Assembly (NCBI GenBank): GCA_016432365.1
Contig: CP066686.1
Span: 874,918-938,917 of the forward strand
Source: Candidatus Woesebacteria bacterium
GTDB lineage: Bacteria; Patescibacteriota; Microgenomatia; UBA8517
Reading direction: 5' to 3'
Length of the DNA stretch: 64,000 nucleotides
How positions within the stretch are numbered: the stretch's first letter is position 1; every line of letters starts with the position of its first letter. Both the position numbers and the translations under genes were made by a program. Of this stretch, positions 28,581 through 37,822 are shown one piece after another. The notes under the pieces were generated by a model. That model saw only the letters and a list, made by a program, of their open reading frames with translations, made no database searches and was not told where the DNA came from.

Positions 28581-29492
28581 TTATTCCCAGAGTTTCTTTT
28601 CTAAAATCTGGTCTGATTTAAAATTGTCAGCCTTAAATGTTGTCTTAACTGCCCGAACTAGTGATTCAAGCGGAATCATACCATAAATTTCCGAGCTTTT
28701 AATTTTAATTCCCAATTTATTTGCTTCTGTTTCAATAGCACGATATGCCTCATCAAAATTTGTGACTTCAAAATCCACCAAATTCATTGAGACTTGAGCA
28801 AATCCGTCTACTTCAAATCCCAGCGCTTTAACAGCTTTTAGACCACCGTCTTTTTCTCTAATTTTCTTGGCAATATCTTTTGCAATTTGAACGTCGGCTG
28901 TATCCAAATTCACATTGTATGCCACCAAATATTTCCTGGCACCAATTACGGTTGCCCCGGCCGAAAGATGGATTTTATCTGGTCCGTAATCCGGTGTTTT
29001 CATTTTTACTCTTAAACTCTCCAGCTCTCCTGCTCTTACATCAGCCAGATTTCTATTTTCCGGCTTTGTTGCCGCTTCTTCATACAAAAATACCGGGATC
29101 CCAAGTTCCTCACCAACCTTTTTGCCCAATTTATTGGCCAATTCCACACATTCTTCCATGGACACCCCGGAGACCGGAACAAAAGGAACGACATCCGTTG
29201 CCCCAATTCTGGGATGTTCACCGACATGTTTATTCATGTCAATTAGTTTTGTTGCAGTTTTAATTGATTCAAAAACAGAATTCATTACTGCCTCGGGCTC
29301 CCCGACGATTGTGAACAACATGCGATTATGTGAAGCGTTAAATTCTAGCTCGAACACCTTGGCTGATTTGACAGATTGGGCCGATTTGAAAATAGCATCT
29401 ATGATTTTCTTATCGCGGCCCTCGCTGAAGTTTGGTACACACTCGACAATTTTTTGCATATTATTTAAACTTACCAACAACTCTCTCTGCAA
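28581..29492 (-). CDS. glutamate formimidoyltransferase
   Basis: VECVPNFSEGR N-terminal signature of the formiminotransferase domain; 303 aa. Confidence 0.8.
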   Translation of the reverse strand: MQRELLVSLNNMQKIVECVPNFSEGRDKKIIDAIFKSAQSVKSAKVFELEFNASHNRMLFTIVGEPEAVMNSVFESIKTATKLIDMNKHVGEHPRIGATDVVPFVPVSGVSMEECVELANKLGKKVGEELGIPVFLYEEAATKPENRNLADVRAGELESLRVKMKTPDYGPDKIHLSAGATVIGARKYLVAYNVNLDTADVQIAKDIAKKIREKDGGLKAVKALGFEVDGFAQVSMNLVDFEVTNFDEAYRAIETEANKLGIKIKSSEIYGMIPLESLVRAVKTTFKADNFKSDQILEKKLWE

Positions 29493-30171
29493 AACCTCCC
29501 ATGCTAGGAATTAGGTCTGTAACAAAAGCGCCACTTTTATTCAATTTTAGATTCAATGGGGCAACCTCGATATTTTGCTCCCCAGTACTTTCCCTAAGTT
29601 TCGATGACAACTCCGTTACCGTTCTGATATTTGCATTATATTCCCTAGACGATAAAGAACCAAGTGACGGATGATCATGAACAAAGTATTCGTTCCCATC
29701 ACCAGTAAGTGAGTACCCTTCGATAAATGGTCTGACCAACTCTGGAAAACCCTCCTTTACACCAACCTTTAACACTCTTACAATATTTACTGCAAAGGAT
29801 ATCTCTTTTCCTCCACCTCTTAACTTTGCACTTTGACCGAACCATTTTAGAGCTAACCTGTCCACCCAATCTTTGTATAAATTAAAAACGCTAAGATTAT
29901 ATCTGGGATCAAACTCGTTCGGTGGAAAAATTTGATGAACTTCGTCTCCAATATGTACAACTTCCGATTCTCGCCCGGAAGAGACTAAAACACCTCCAGA
30001 TTCGACTAACCTTTTTACCAGTCCGTCGCGCCGCTCCCACCACTCCAAATTTAGTTTTGATCTTTCCACAATAACGGGTATTTTACACCAACTACAGCCG
30101 TTCGCGCCCCCCGCGATTACCCTCTGGAGATCTAAATGCGCTTTCCATGACCTCATTCCATACAAGGCCAT
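29461..30171 (-). CDS. hypothetical protein (236 aa) overlapping tmk by about 80 nt
   Basis: Long ORF with a CSWC motif and no in-frame Met downstream that would avoid the overlap; may use a non-ATG start. Embedded in the thymidylate gene cluster. Confidence 0.3.
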   Translation of the reverse strand: MALYGMRSWKAHLDLQRVIAGGANGCSWCKIPVIVERSKLNLEWWERRDGLVKRLVESGGVLVSSGRESEVVHIGDEVHQIFPPNEFDPRYNLSVFNLYKDWVDRLALKWFGQSAKLRGGGKEISFAVNIVRVLKVGVKEGFPELVRPFIEGYSLTGDGNEYFVHDHPSLGSLSSREYNANIRTVTELSSKLRESTGEQNIEVAPLNLKLNKSGAFVTDLIPSMGGFAERVVGKFK

Positions 30172-30811
30172 GAATTTCTTCGGGAGTCATTAGTTTGCCC
30201 TCTTTTGTACAATCTATTCCAACTACATTAGGAAAAAAATTTGGAATATCTTGATATATTCCTGCAACTTCTAACTGGTATGCAACATCGGCCTCATGAA
30301 TATCTTTTTTACCACCCTCTAAGTATGCCCTAGCCTTTTTAAGTTCTATAAGTTGGGCACTTATTTCTGCGGGAATGTGCAAAACGATATTTAGGTCTTC
30401 TTTTGGAATTCCGTAAATTATATATTCCAACTCCTGTAGAAATTGTATAAATTTTGGACGCTCCTCAACCGGAAGTTTTGCTGACTGGTGTGCCACATTT
30501 GATAAAAAATATCTGTTTGATACCACATTCACCCCCCCTGATAACATTTCATTAATTTTTGAACTGGCCTGCCATCTGTCACCGGCATAAGTTAAAGAAG
30601 CAAGATATGGATTTACTTCTTTAAGACCTCCAAATTCACCTTTTAAAAACCGGCCAACCAGTTTTCCAAAAAAACTTGTTTCATATTGAGGAAAATCAAA
30701 AAATTCAACAGGCAGACCCCGCTCTTTAAAACGCGACATTAACAGCTTGGCCTGTGTCTCTTTTCCTGTTCCATCAGGGCCTTCAATGACAACAAAGCTT
30801 CCTTTTTTCAT
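30092..30811 (-). CDS. tmk: thymidylate kinase
   Basis: FVVIEGPDGTGKETQ P-loop and DRW/Y (AGDRWQAS) motif. Confidence 0.85.
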   Translation of the reverse strand: MKKGSFVVIEGPDGTGKETQAKLLMSRFKERGLPVEFFDFPQYETSFFGKLVGRFLKGEFGGLKEVNPYLASLTYAGDRWQASSKINEMLSGGVNVVSNRYFLSNVAHQSAKLPVEERPKFIQFLQELEYIIYGIPKEDLNIVLHIPAEISAQLIELKKARAYLEGGKKDIHEADVAYQLEVAGIYQDIPNFFPNVVGIDCTKEGKLMTPEEIHGLVWNEVMESAFRSPEGNRGGRERL

Positions 30812-31500
30812 GATTTATTTTTACCCGGTCGCCCTGGGACTTCGTGATGCTGACGGCACCTGGCTTCATATAAATTGGTTCCTCCCACCACTTCTACCGG
30901 ATCGTTATAACTTGCAGGTCTACGGATTTTTTTACCATTAGAGTCTTCTTCAATTATTCTTTGAGTAAAAATTGCAGCGTCACCGCATTTTGTACATACT
31001 GCGCTTAAAAAATCTGGATGTTCCGCTTCAAGTGCCAACACCCCAATCCCGCCCCATTTTTCGCCCTTAAAATTTAAAGAGAGGCCTACAACAATAACTT
31101 TTAGTCCTTTTTTCCTTGCCAACTCTCTGCAAGTTTCGACAAGGTCATCTTCGGACCAAAACTGTGCTTCATCAAACGCCACAATCAGGGTGTCTTTTGT
31201 GATTAGTTCTAAAGCTCTGTTTGCATTTTCAATCGGTATGGCTGGATAAGACTGTCCATTTTCCGAATTTACAGTCCTTTCACCTCTTCGTTTATCAATC
31301 GTGGGTTTGAAAACCATAATCCTTTGATCTAAATCGGCTTCCGTCAAAACACCCGCATTCTGCATCGTTTTTATTGCAATCCCCGCTATTGTTAACCGCC
31401 TTATTAACTCGTCCGATTTTCCACTAAACATCGGTCCGGTTATTATGTCGATAGAACCCTTTCCACTCAAAATCTCCGATGGATTAATTTTTTCTTTCAT
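30808..31500 (-). CDS. tdk: thymidine kinase
   Basis: GPMFSGKS P-loop; C-terminal zinc ribbon CTKCG...; 230 aa. Confidence 0.9.
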   Translation of the reverse strand: MKEKINPSEILSGKGSIDIITGPMFSGKSDELIRRLTIAGIAIKTMQNAGVLTEADLDQRIMVFKPTIDKRRGERTVNSENGQSYPAIPIENANRALELITKDTLIVAFDEAQFWSEDDLVETCRELARKKGLKVIVVGLSLNFKGEKWGGIGVLALEAEHPDFLSAVCTKCGDAAIFTQRIIEEDSNGKKIRRPASYNDPVEVVGGTNLYEARCRQHHEVPGRPGKNKS

Positions 31501-31502
31501 GT

Positions 31503-32459
31503 TTATTTTTTAACTATCCCCAGTTTTGTAAGTTTTTCCATTAACTCTTCTCTTTCTCTTTTGTTGGTGAGGCCAACTACCTTTGATGCTTGGTCTACTT
31601 GATCTGCGGTAAACGTCAATCCTGAATCCAACAATAATTTAGATAACGTGTTTTGCTCCGGGCGTGATAGAGCTGTTGCGAAAAGTTCGTAATCTTCGAA
31701 TGCCTTATAAGACATGGGGAATGCGTCTTTAACTATTGTCGCCATTACATTTGCATATTGCCTAATTTCGAGTTGGGCATGAGGATCCATTCTGAGCGCA
31801 AGAAAATGAAACAAGTTATGAAGATCGACCTTCCAATACCATTGAGTATAAATATCCACTGGCAAAACATTTCTGGCAAGCTCTCTGGCGATTTGAGGTC
31901 TTCGGGGATCGACCGGGTTTCCCGTTCCGTCATCATTTAGCAATAGTTGATAGTCTGCATAGCTCCTTGCTCCGTTTTCCTCAAAAACCCGGCGGACAAA
32001 TTCTGCCTCATCTTTTCCAACACCGTCACCCCGGCCCTGTTTATTATTTGCAGATTGGATATTTACAGAATCGGCTCCAGGGATATAAAACTCGTCTTTG
32101 AGAATAGAATACCTTGCGGAATATTCATTTAGACTTGCTGTTCTGTGGCGAACCCATTGCCTGGCAACCGAAATGGGAAGCTTAACATGAAACTTAAGTT
32201 CGGACATTTCGAAAGGGCTTGTATGTCTGTTTCGATCAAGATACCTGATTAACCCCTCTGTTTGGCTAACCGACTTTGTTCCATAACCATATGAGACTCT
32301 TGCCGCCTGGGCAATTGATTCATCATCCCCCATGTAGTCGACCAGATAAATAAATCCGTGATCTAGAACGGGTACAACTTCTCCAAGCCATTTTTCAGCA
32401 CCGGGATTAACGGTTCGTTTTGTTAGTTCTGGTTCCCGATTTTGAAATTCAGCACTCAT
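31503..32459 (-). CDS. thyX: FAD-dependent thymidylate synthase ThyX
   Basis: ThyX signature RHRTASLNEYSARY (RHR..S..E.S.RY). Confidence 0.9.
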   Translation of the reverse strand: MSAEFQNREPELTKRTVNPGAEKWLGEVVPVLDHGFIYLVDYMGDDESIAQAARVSYGYGTKSVSQTEGLIRYLDRNRHTSPFEMSELKFHVKLPISVARQWVRHRTASLNEYSARYSILKDEFYIPGADSVNIQSANNKQGRGDGVGKDEAEFVRRVFEENGARSYADYQLLLNDDGTGNPVDPRRPQIARELARNVLPVDIYTQWYWKVDLHNLFHFLALRMDPHAQLEIRQYANVMATIVKDAFPMSYKAFEDYELFATALSRPEQNTLSKLLLDSGLTFTADQVDQASKVVGLTNKREREELMEKLTKLGIVKK

Positions 32460-32578
32460 GTGATCTGAAAGCTTTTTACCAGTTGGCGAAGAGGAGTGTC
32501 AATACGCAATCAAATAGCAAAACGGCACTACAAATTGTGTCTCTTTATTTTTTATTCTTTTCTTGATATTAATATTTA

Positions 32579-33160
32579 ATGAAAGAACTTCTTTGTGTAA
32601 CCGGACTTACCGGTTCCGGCAAAAGTGTCGCCTCAGACTTCTTTGTAGATAAAGGTTATCAATATGTAAGATTTGGACAAATAGTTTTGGACGAAGTCAA
32701 AAAAAGAAACTTGGAGCCAATCGAAGCAAACGAAAGGCCTATCCGCGAAGAATTCAGAAAGAAATATGGAATGGCCGCGATGGCCATTTTAAATCTCCCA
32801 AAATTTAAAAAACTTTTAGAAGTTGGTGATGTTTTGGGCGACGGACTTTACAGTTTTGAAGAGTATAAAATACTGAAAGAAGAATTCGGAAAACAATTTA
32901 TTACCGTCGCGGTTTACGCCCCACCTGAGTTGAGATACGAAAGACTTGCCAAACGGAAATTAACGAGCGAAGACACTGAGCTTAGAAACCGTCCCTCGAC
33001 AAAAGAGGCCGCCGAGTCCCGTGATTACGCAGAACTTGAAAACTTAAACAAAGGTGCGACTATTGCGATGAGCGATTACACTGTTTTAAACACAAAAGAT
33101 TTAGATTTTTTTAAAAAACAGTTAAATGAAATCTTCCAAGAAATCCAAAAAAATAAATAA
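32579..33160 (+). CDS. P-loop nucleotide/nucleoside kinase (dNMP-kinase / CoaE-like)
   Basis: GLTGSGKS Walker A at the N-terminus; 193 aa; sits beside dCMP deaminase in a pyrimidine cluster. Confidence 0.5.
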   Translation: MKELLCVTGLTGSGKSVASDFFVDKGYQYVRFGQIVLDEVKKRNLEPIEANERPIREEFRKKYGMAAMAILNLPKFKKLLEVGDVLGDGLYSFEEYKILKEEFGKQFITVAVYAPPELRYERLAKRKLTSEDTELRNRPSTKEAAESRDYAELENLNKGATIAMSDYTVLNTKDLDFFKKQLNEIFQEIQKNK

Positions 33161-33665
33161 CAAATCTGAATATGTCCGCCCGTCTTGGGATGATTATTTC
33201 ATGGAAATAATGCGGTCTGTTTCCAAAAGAGCGACATGCGATCGCGGACGCGCGTCAGCCGTTTTTGTAAAAGACAAGCAAATATTGGTTACGGGTTATG
33301 TGGGTTCCCCAAAAGGCATGCCCCATTGCGACGAAATCGGGCATCAGATGAAAAAAACAATTCACGAGGACGGAACAATAACCGACCATTGCGTCCGCAC
33401 CGTCCATGCTGAACAAAATGCAATTTGCCAAGCTGCAAAACGCGGAGTAACAATTGACGGAGCCACGGTTTACGTAAACATGACGCCCTGCAGAACATGT
33501 GCGATGCTTTTAATTAATTGTGGGGTTAAAAGAGTCGTTGCAGATAAAAAATATCACGCCGGGGCCGAAAGTGAAATGATGTTTAAAAAGGCAAAAATCA
33601 AGTTGGAATTTATCTCTTCAAAAATTGAAAAGTATGAAAATCGAGTACAATTAAATCATGAGTGA
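33126..33665 (+). CDS. dCMP deaminase (deoxycytidylate deaminase)
   Basis: PSWDDYFM N-terminal box, HAEQNAI and PCRTCAMLL zinc motifs. The annotated start overlaps the upstream gene; the true start is probably downstream or non-ATG. Confidence 0.8.
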   Translation: MKSSKKSKKINNKSEYVRPSWDDYFMEIMRSVSKRATCDRGRASAVFVKDKQILVTGYVGSPKGMPHCDEIGHQMKKTIHEDGTITDHCVRTVHAEQNAICQAAKRGVTIDGATVYVNMTPCRTCAMLLINCGVKRVVADKKYHAGAESEMMFKKAKIKLEFISSKIEKYENRVQLNHE

Positions 33666-34617
33666 AACTTCTTTAGAACCACCTACCACAATTTTGGAGC
33701 CTGAAAAACTAGATAATGAACCTCAATTTTTAAATAAATTAGGTATTGACCATCCAACAGTTGCAAATGAAATAAGAGGCCGCATTCCTGAATGGAAAAA
33801 GAAGGTCGATGAATTAAGCGGAATTGAGGATTTTGGCGCGAAGATGTTGAACGCAATTGAATATGTCGATAAGGAAGAAACTGATCGGTTGATAAGTTCT
33901 GTCGCAGATGAAATAAGAAAAATCAGAGAAAAAGATCCAACCAAGCCTATTAGATTCATTGCTTGGAGTACTACAGATGGAAGCGGTAAGTGGTTTTACG
34001 ATCAGCTTGTGGCATCTTTACAAGATATTTCGACAGATAATATTTCATTAATTGCACCATATGATGTTGGCTACGAGGCAGACTTAAAAGCATACGAACC
34101 AACATATTTCTATCTGGATGACGCCGGGAATTCTGGGCAGCAAATTCAACAAGGTATTTTTGCTTTTAGAAGTGTTGTAGGAAATTTAGAACATTCAGTA
34201 GATCAGGGTGAGGACGAAAACGCAATGATTGAAAACCCAATAGATGTAAGAATCAGACTTCTTAGAGTGACAGATGAAGTAACAGACTTCATAAATCGAC
34301 AAAAAAAATTTTTCATTAATGAGTCAGGTCATCCTTTGGTTGTAGTCGATACCGAAAATAATCCAAACGCTAATAAGCGCATGCCGACCGTGAGTGATTT
34401 GATAACCAACCTAGGATTAAAAGCGGACGACATACAAAATTACGGCGCTTTCCTTTATGGTCATCACGGTAGATTTCCCACAACCCTCGCAATATTTCGA
34501 CATAAAATCCAAGACAACATGCCTATCGCTTTAGTTGAAGGCAGATTGAGTAGCGACAAGGTACCGTTTTTAATTTCGCAAGAAAACAGAAAGTCTATAA
34601 GAAAGTTTTATAAATAA
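33658..34617 (+). CDS. hypothetical protein (319 aa)
   Basis: ORF only. Confidence 0.35.
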   Translation: MSETSLEPPTTILEPEKLDNEPQFLNKLGIDHPTVANEIRGRIPEWKKKVDELSGIEDFGAKMLNAIEYVDKEETDRLISSVADEIRKIREKDPTKPIRFIAWSTTDGSGKWFYDQLVASLQDISTDNISLIAPYDVGYEADLKAYEPTYFYLDDAGNSGQQIQQGIFAFRSVVGNLEHSVDQGEDENAMIENPIDVRIRLLRVTDEVTDFINRQKKFFINESGHPLVVVDTENNPNANKRMPTVSDLITNLGLKADDIQNYGAFLYGHHGRFPTTLAIFRHKIQDNMPIALVEGRLSSDKVPFLISQENRKSIRKFYK

Positions 34618-36630
34618 CTATTTTTCTTCTTCTTTTTTAGGAGAACGCCAACTGGCATATTTACAATCCGGGTAGCGGGAACAGCCAAAAAACCTTCTTC
34701 CCTTGCCCGTCTTTTTTACAATTACTTCTCCTTTTTTGCATTCGGGACAAATTACCCCAACTTTTTCCAAATATTTTTCCGTGTATTTACATGTCGGGAA
34801 AAGAGAACAGGATATAAACTTACCAAACCTTCCGGTTCTTACTACCAACTCTCCGGTTCTGCTCGCATCACCCGCCACCCTTGCTTCATCGCAATTGGGA
34901 CAAGTCCTGCCCAACTTTTCTGTCTCAATTTTCACCCTTTCACTATTTTTCTCTACATCTTTTAATTTGTTGGCGAATGGACTCCAAAACTCTTTGATCG
35001 GCTCAACCCATTTTAATTTACCGTTAGCAATATCATCCAAATCGTTTTCCATGTGCGCTGTAAATTGATATTCAAAAGTATCCGGGAAATTTCCGATTAA
35101 AAAATCATTGACGGCAATGCCGATTGAAGTCGGCATAAACTGTTTGCTTTCATTTTTTTCAATATAGTTCCTGACTTGAACAGTGGAAATCGTTGGCGCG
35201 TAAGTGCTGGGCCTACCGATTCCCAACTTTTCCAAAGTCTTGATTAATGACGCTTCGTTATATCTTGCCGGGGGTTGGGTAAACTTTTGGTCTCCCCAAG
35301 TTTTGATCAAATCAAGTTCTTCATCTTTTTCAACATCCGGAAGAGTTACAACAACTTCTTCCGCATCTTTTTTAATAGGAAGAACACGTCTCCAACCGTC
35401 AAAAATCATTATTTGCCCTGAAGCCCTTAGTAGATACTTAGTACTCTGCACTTTGTACTCCGCACTAACCTCAATTGTTGTTTCGTCAAAAATCGAAGGG
35501 TTCATTTGACACGCGACAAACCTGGCCCAAATCAATTCGTAAAGCTTAGAGTTTTCCTCAGCAAATTTGTCACCGGTAATTCCAAGTTTGAAATTTACGT
35601 CTGTTGGACGTATAGCCTCATGCGCTTCCTGTGCCACTTTTGAGACTGTCTTAAAAAATCTTGGCGATGGCGGTAAGTACTTATCCCCATATTCTTTCTG
35701 AATAAATGACCGGACTGAGTCGACTGCGGTTTTAGCCAAATTTAACGAGTCGGTTCTGTGGTACGTAATAAAACCTTCTTCGTATAATTTCTGAGCAACC
35801 GACATTGTTTTTTTGGACGACCAGCCAAAAACTCTTGAACCCGCCTGAGATAAAGTGGAAGTCGTAAACGGCGGATAGGGACTTTTTGTAACCTTGCGCT
35901 TTTTTATGTCGGCAACTTTGTACTCCGCCTTTTCCAAATCAGCCAAAATTTTATCTGCTTCATCTTTATTTTTTACTTCCGCGGCTTTGTCCCCGATTTT
36001 TATTAGTTGAACTGTAAAATCATCTTTGACTTTTGAATTTCGACTTTTAACTTTGGAATATATTTCCCAATACTCTTCTGCTTTAAACTTCCCAATCTCC
36101 CTCTCTTTTTCTACAACCAGGCGAACAACAACCGACTGGACTCTGCCTGCGGAAAGCCCCACCCTAACTTTTTTCCAAAGAAGTGGAGAAAGTTTATAAC
36201 CAACTAGGCGATCAAGTACCCTACGAGCTGTCTGTGCATCAACTAAATTCTTATCTATTTCATGAGGATTGTTTATAGCGTCCGTAACAGCCCCTTTTGT
36301 AATTTCGTGGAATGTAACCCGTTTCAACTTGCTGTCTGCGTGAAGTATGTCGGCTACATGTTGGGCAATTGCTTCTCCTTCACGATCAGGGTCGGAAGCC
36401 ACATATATCGTTTTTGCCTTTTTGGATAATTTGATTAGTTTTGCGATTGTATCTGCTCTTTTCGGAACATCAACAAATTCAGGAGCGAAATCGTTTTCGA
36501 TATCTACTCCTAGTGTACTTTTTGGAAGGTCTTTAATATGACCCATCGTTGCCTCCACGTCATACGCATTACCTAAAAATTTGGCTAATGTCCTAGCCTT
36601 TGTGGGTGATTCGACTATTATTAAATTCAT
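34618..36630 (-). CDS. topA: DNA topoisomerase I with C-terminal zinc ribbons
   Basis: Toprim (LIIVESPTKA), active-site region, C4 zinc ribbons (CPNCDE...; CPECKKG...CSRYPDC). Confidence 0.95.
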   Translation of the reverse strand: MNLIIVESPTKARTLAKFLGNAYDVEATMGHIKDLPKSTLGVDIENDFAPEFVDVPKRADTIAKLIKLSKKAKTIYVASDPDREGEAIAQHVADILHADSKLKRVTFHEITKGAVTDAINNPHEIDKNLVDAQTARRVLDRLVGYKLSPLLWKKVRVGLSAGRVQSVVVRLVVEKEREIGKFKAEEYWEIYSKVKSRNSKVKDDFTVQLIKIGDKAAEVKNKDEADKILADLEKAEYKVADIKKRKVTKSPYPPFTTSTLSQAGSRVFGWSSKKTMSVAQKLYEEGFITYHRTDSLNLAKTAVDSVRSFIQKEYGDKYLPPSPRFFKTVSKVAQEAHEAIRPTDVNFKLGITGDKFAEENSKLYELIWARFVACQMNPSIFDETTIEVSAEYKVQSTKYLLRASGQIMIFDGWRRVLPIKKDAEEVVVTLPDVEKDEELDLIKTWGDQKFTQPPARYNEASLIKTLEKLGIGRPSTYAPTISTVQVRNYIEKNESKQFMPTSIGIAVNDFLIGNFPDTFEYQFTAHMENDLDDIANGKLKWVEPIKEFWSPFANKLKDVEKNSERVKIETEKLGRTCPNCDEARVAGDASRTGELVVRTGRFGKFISCSLFPTCKYTEKYLEKVGVICPECKKGEVIVKKTGKGRRFFGCSRYPDCKYASWRSPKKEEEK

Positions 36631-36739
36631 ATTGATATATAAAAAATTAAATATTAAACATCAAAATAGATTTTAAAATTCAAAAATTCTAAAACTATTT
36701 ACATTTTTATCTGTCATTTTAATCTTTAATATTTTATAT

Positions 36740-37822
36740 TTACACTTTCTTGTATACTCCTTTTCCCATATTTCTGACCATCCCTTTCATTTCCATAATG
36801 GTAAGTCTAGCAGACACTTCACTTGTTTTGCCACCCGATATTCTAACAAGCTCGTCAAGATGTATGGGTTCACGCTCCAAAATTTCCAGAAATTTAGCTT
36901 CGGTTGCGTCACTTGGCATCACTTTTTTGACCGCCTCTTTATCCACTTTAAACTGCAAATGAAGTTCATCCAAAATGTCTTTTGACGAGGTTACTAACTT
37001 ACTTCCGTTTTGGATTAGATAGTTTGGAGCTTCTGAAGTTGGGGAAGTTATTGGTCCGGGCACAGCAAAAACAGTTCTTCCTTGCTCGGCCGCAGCATTG
37101 ACTGTGTAAAAAGTTCCACTTTTCATTCTGCCTTCAACAACAATAACCGCCTTTGAAAGACCGGAGATCAGACGATTACGAACTGCAAAATCGGATGGAA
37201 AAGGTTGATGCCCCAAGGGTTGTTCCGAAATTAAAGCACCGTTATTCTTAATAAACTCTAACGCCAGATTTTTATTCGTTAGGGGCGAGATTATATCCAG
37301 CCCCGATGCAAGAACTGCAATTGTTCGTCCTCCAACTGAAAGCGCAGCGCGTTGTGCCTCAGCATCAATTCCAAGTGCAAGACCTGAAACTATTGTGACA
37401 CCAAAACTTGCAAGTTCACCGGCAAATTTTTTGGCAACCTCACGTCCGTAACTTGTCATCATCCGACTTCCGACAATAGCAATCGCGTTTGTATCTGTAT
37501 TCTTAAATTTCCCGAGGATATAAAGTACATGTGGAGCATCAGATAAATCTTTAAGATTTTCCGGATAATCTTCATCAAAAATTGTTACAACTTTAATCGA
37601 AAGCCTTTCCAGTCTTGAAAGATAGTCTTGGATATTGAATGAATCCCTGTGCTTGATGAACTTTTCGCCAGTTTCCTGTTTTATTCCAATCTCTCTAAGA
37701 TCTGATAAACTCAAATTCCAAATTTTTTTTGCCGACTGAAAATACTTTAAAAGTAGTTTTGTCCGGGCTGGCCCAAACATAGTAAAGGTACTTAGAGCAG
37801 TTAAATATTCTTTTTCTGTCAT
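36740..37822 (-). CDS. dprA: DNA processing protein DprA (Smf)
   Basis: Rossmann-like core IAIVGSR...SGLALGID...VVVEG....SGT. Confidence 0.85.
   Translation of the reverse strand: MTEKEYLTALSTFTMFGPARTKLLLKYFQSAKKIWNLSLSDLREIGIKQETGEKFIKHRDSFNIQDYLSRLERLSIKVVTIFDEDYPENLKDLSDAPHVLYILGKFKNTDTNAIAIVGSRMMTSYGREVAKKFAGELASFGVTIVSGLALGIDAEAQRAALSVGGRTIAVLASGLDIISPLTNKNLALEFIKNNGALISEQPLGHQPFPSDFAVRNRLISGLSKAVIVVEGRMKSGTFYTVNAAAEQGRTVFAVPGPITSPTSEAPNYLIQNGSKLVTSSKDILDELHLQFKVDKEAVKKVMPSDATEAKFLEILEREPIHLDELVRISGGKTSEVSARLTIMEMKGMVRNMGKGVYKKV

Noticed and set aside
29461-30171. Calling the 236-aa ORF a dUTPase or other named enzyme
   Set aside because: None of the five dUTPase motifs or any other family signature could be found by eye. 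It is left as hypothetical.
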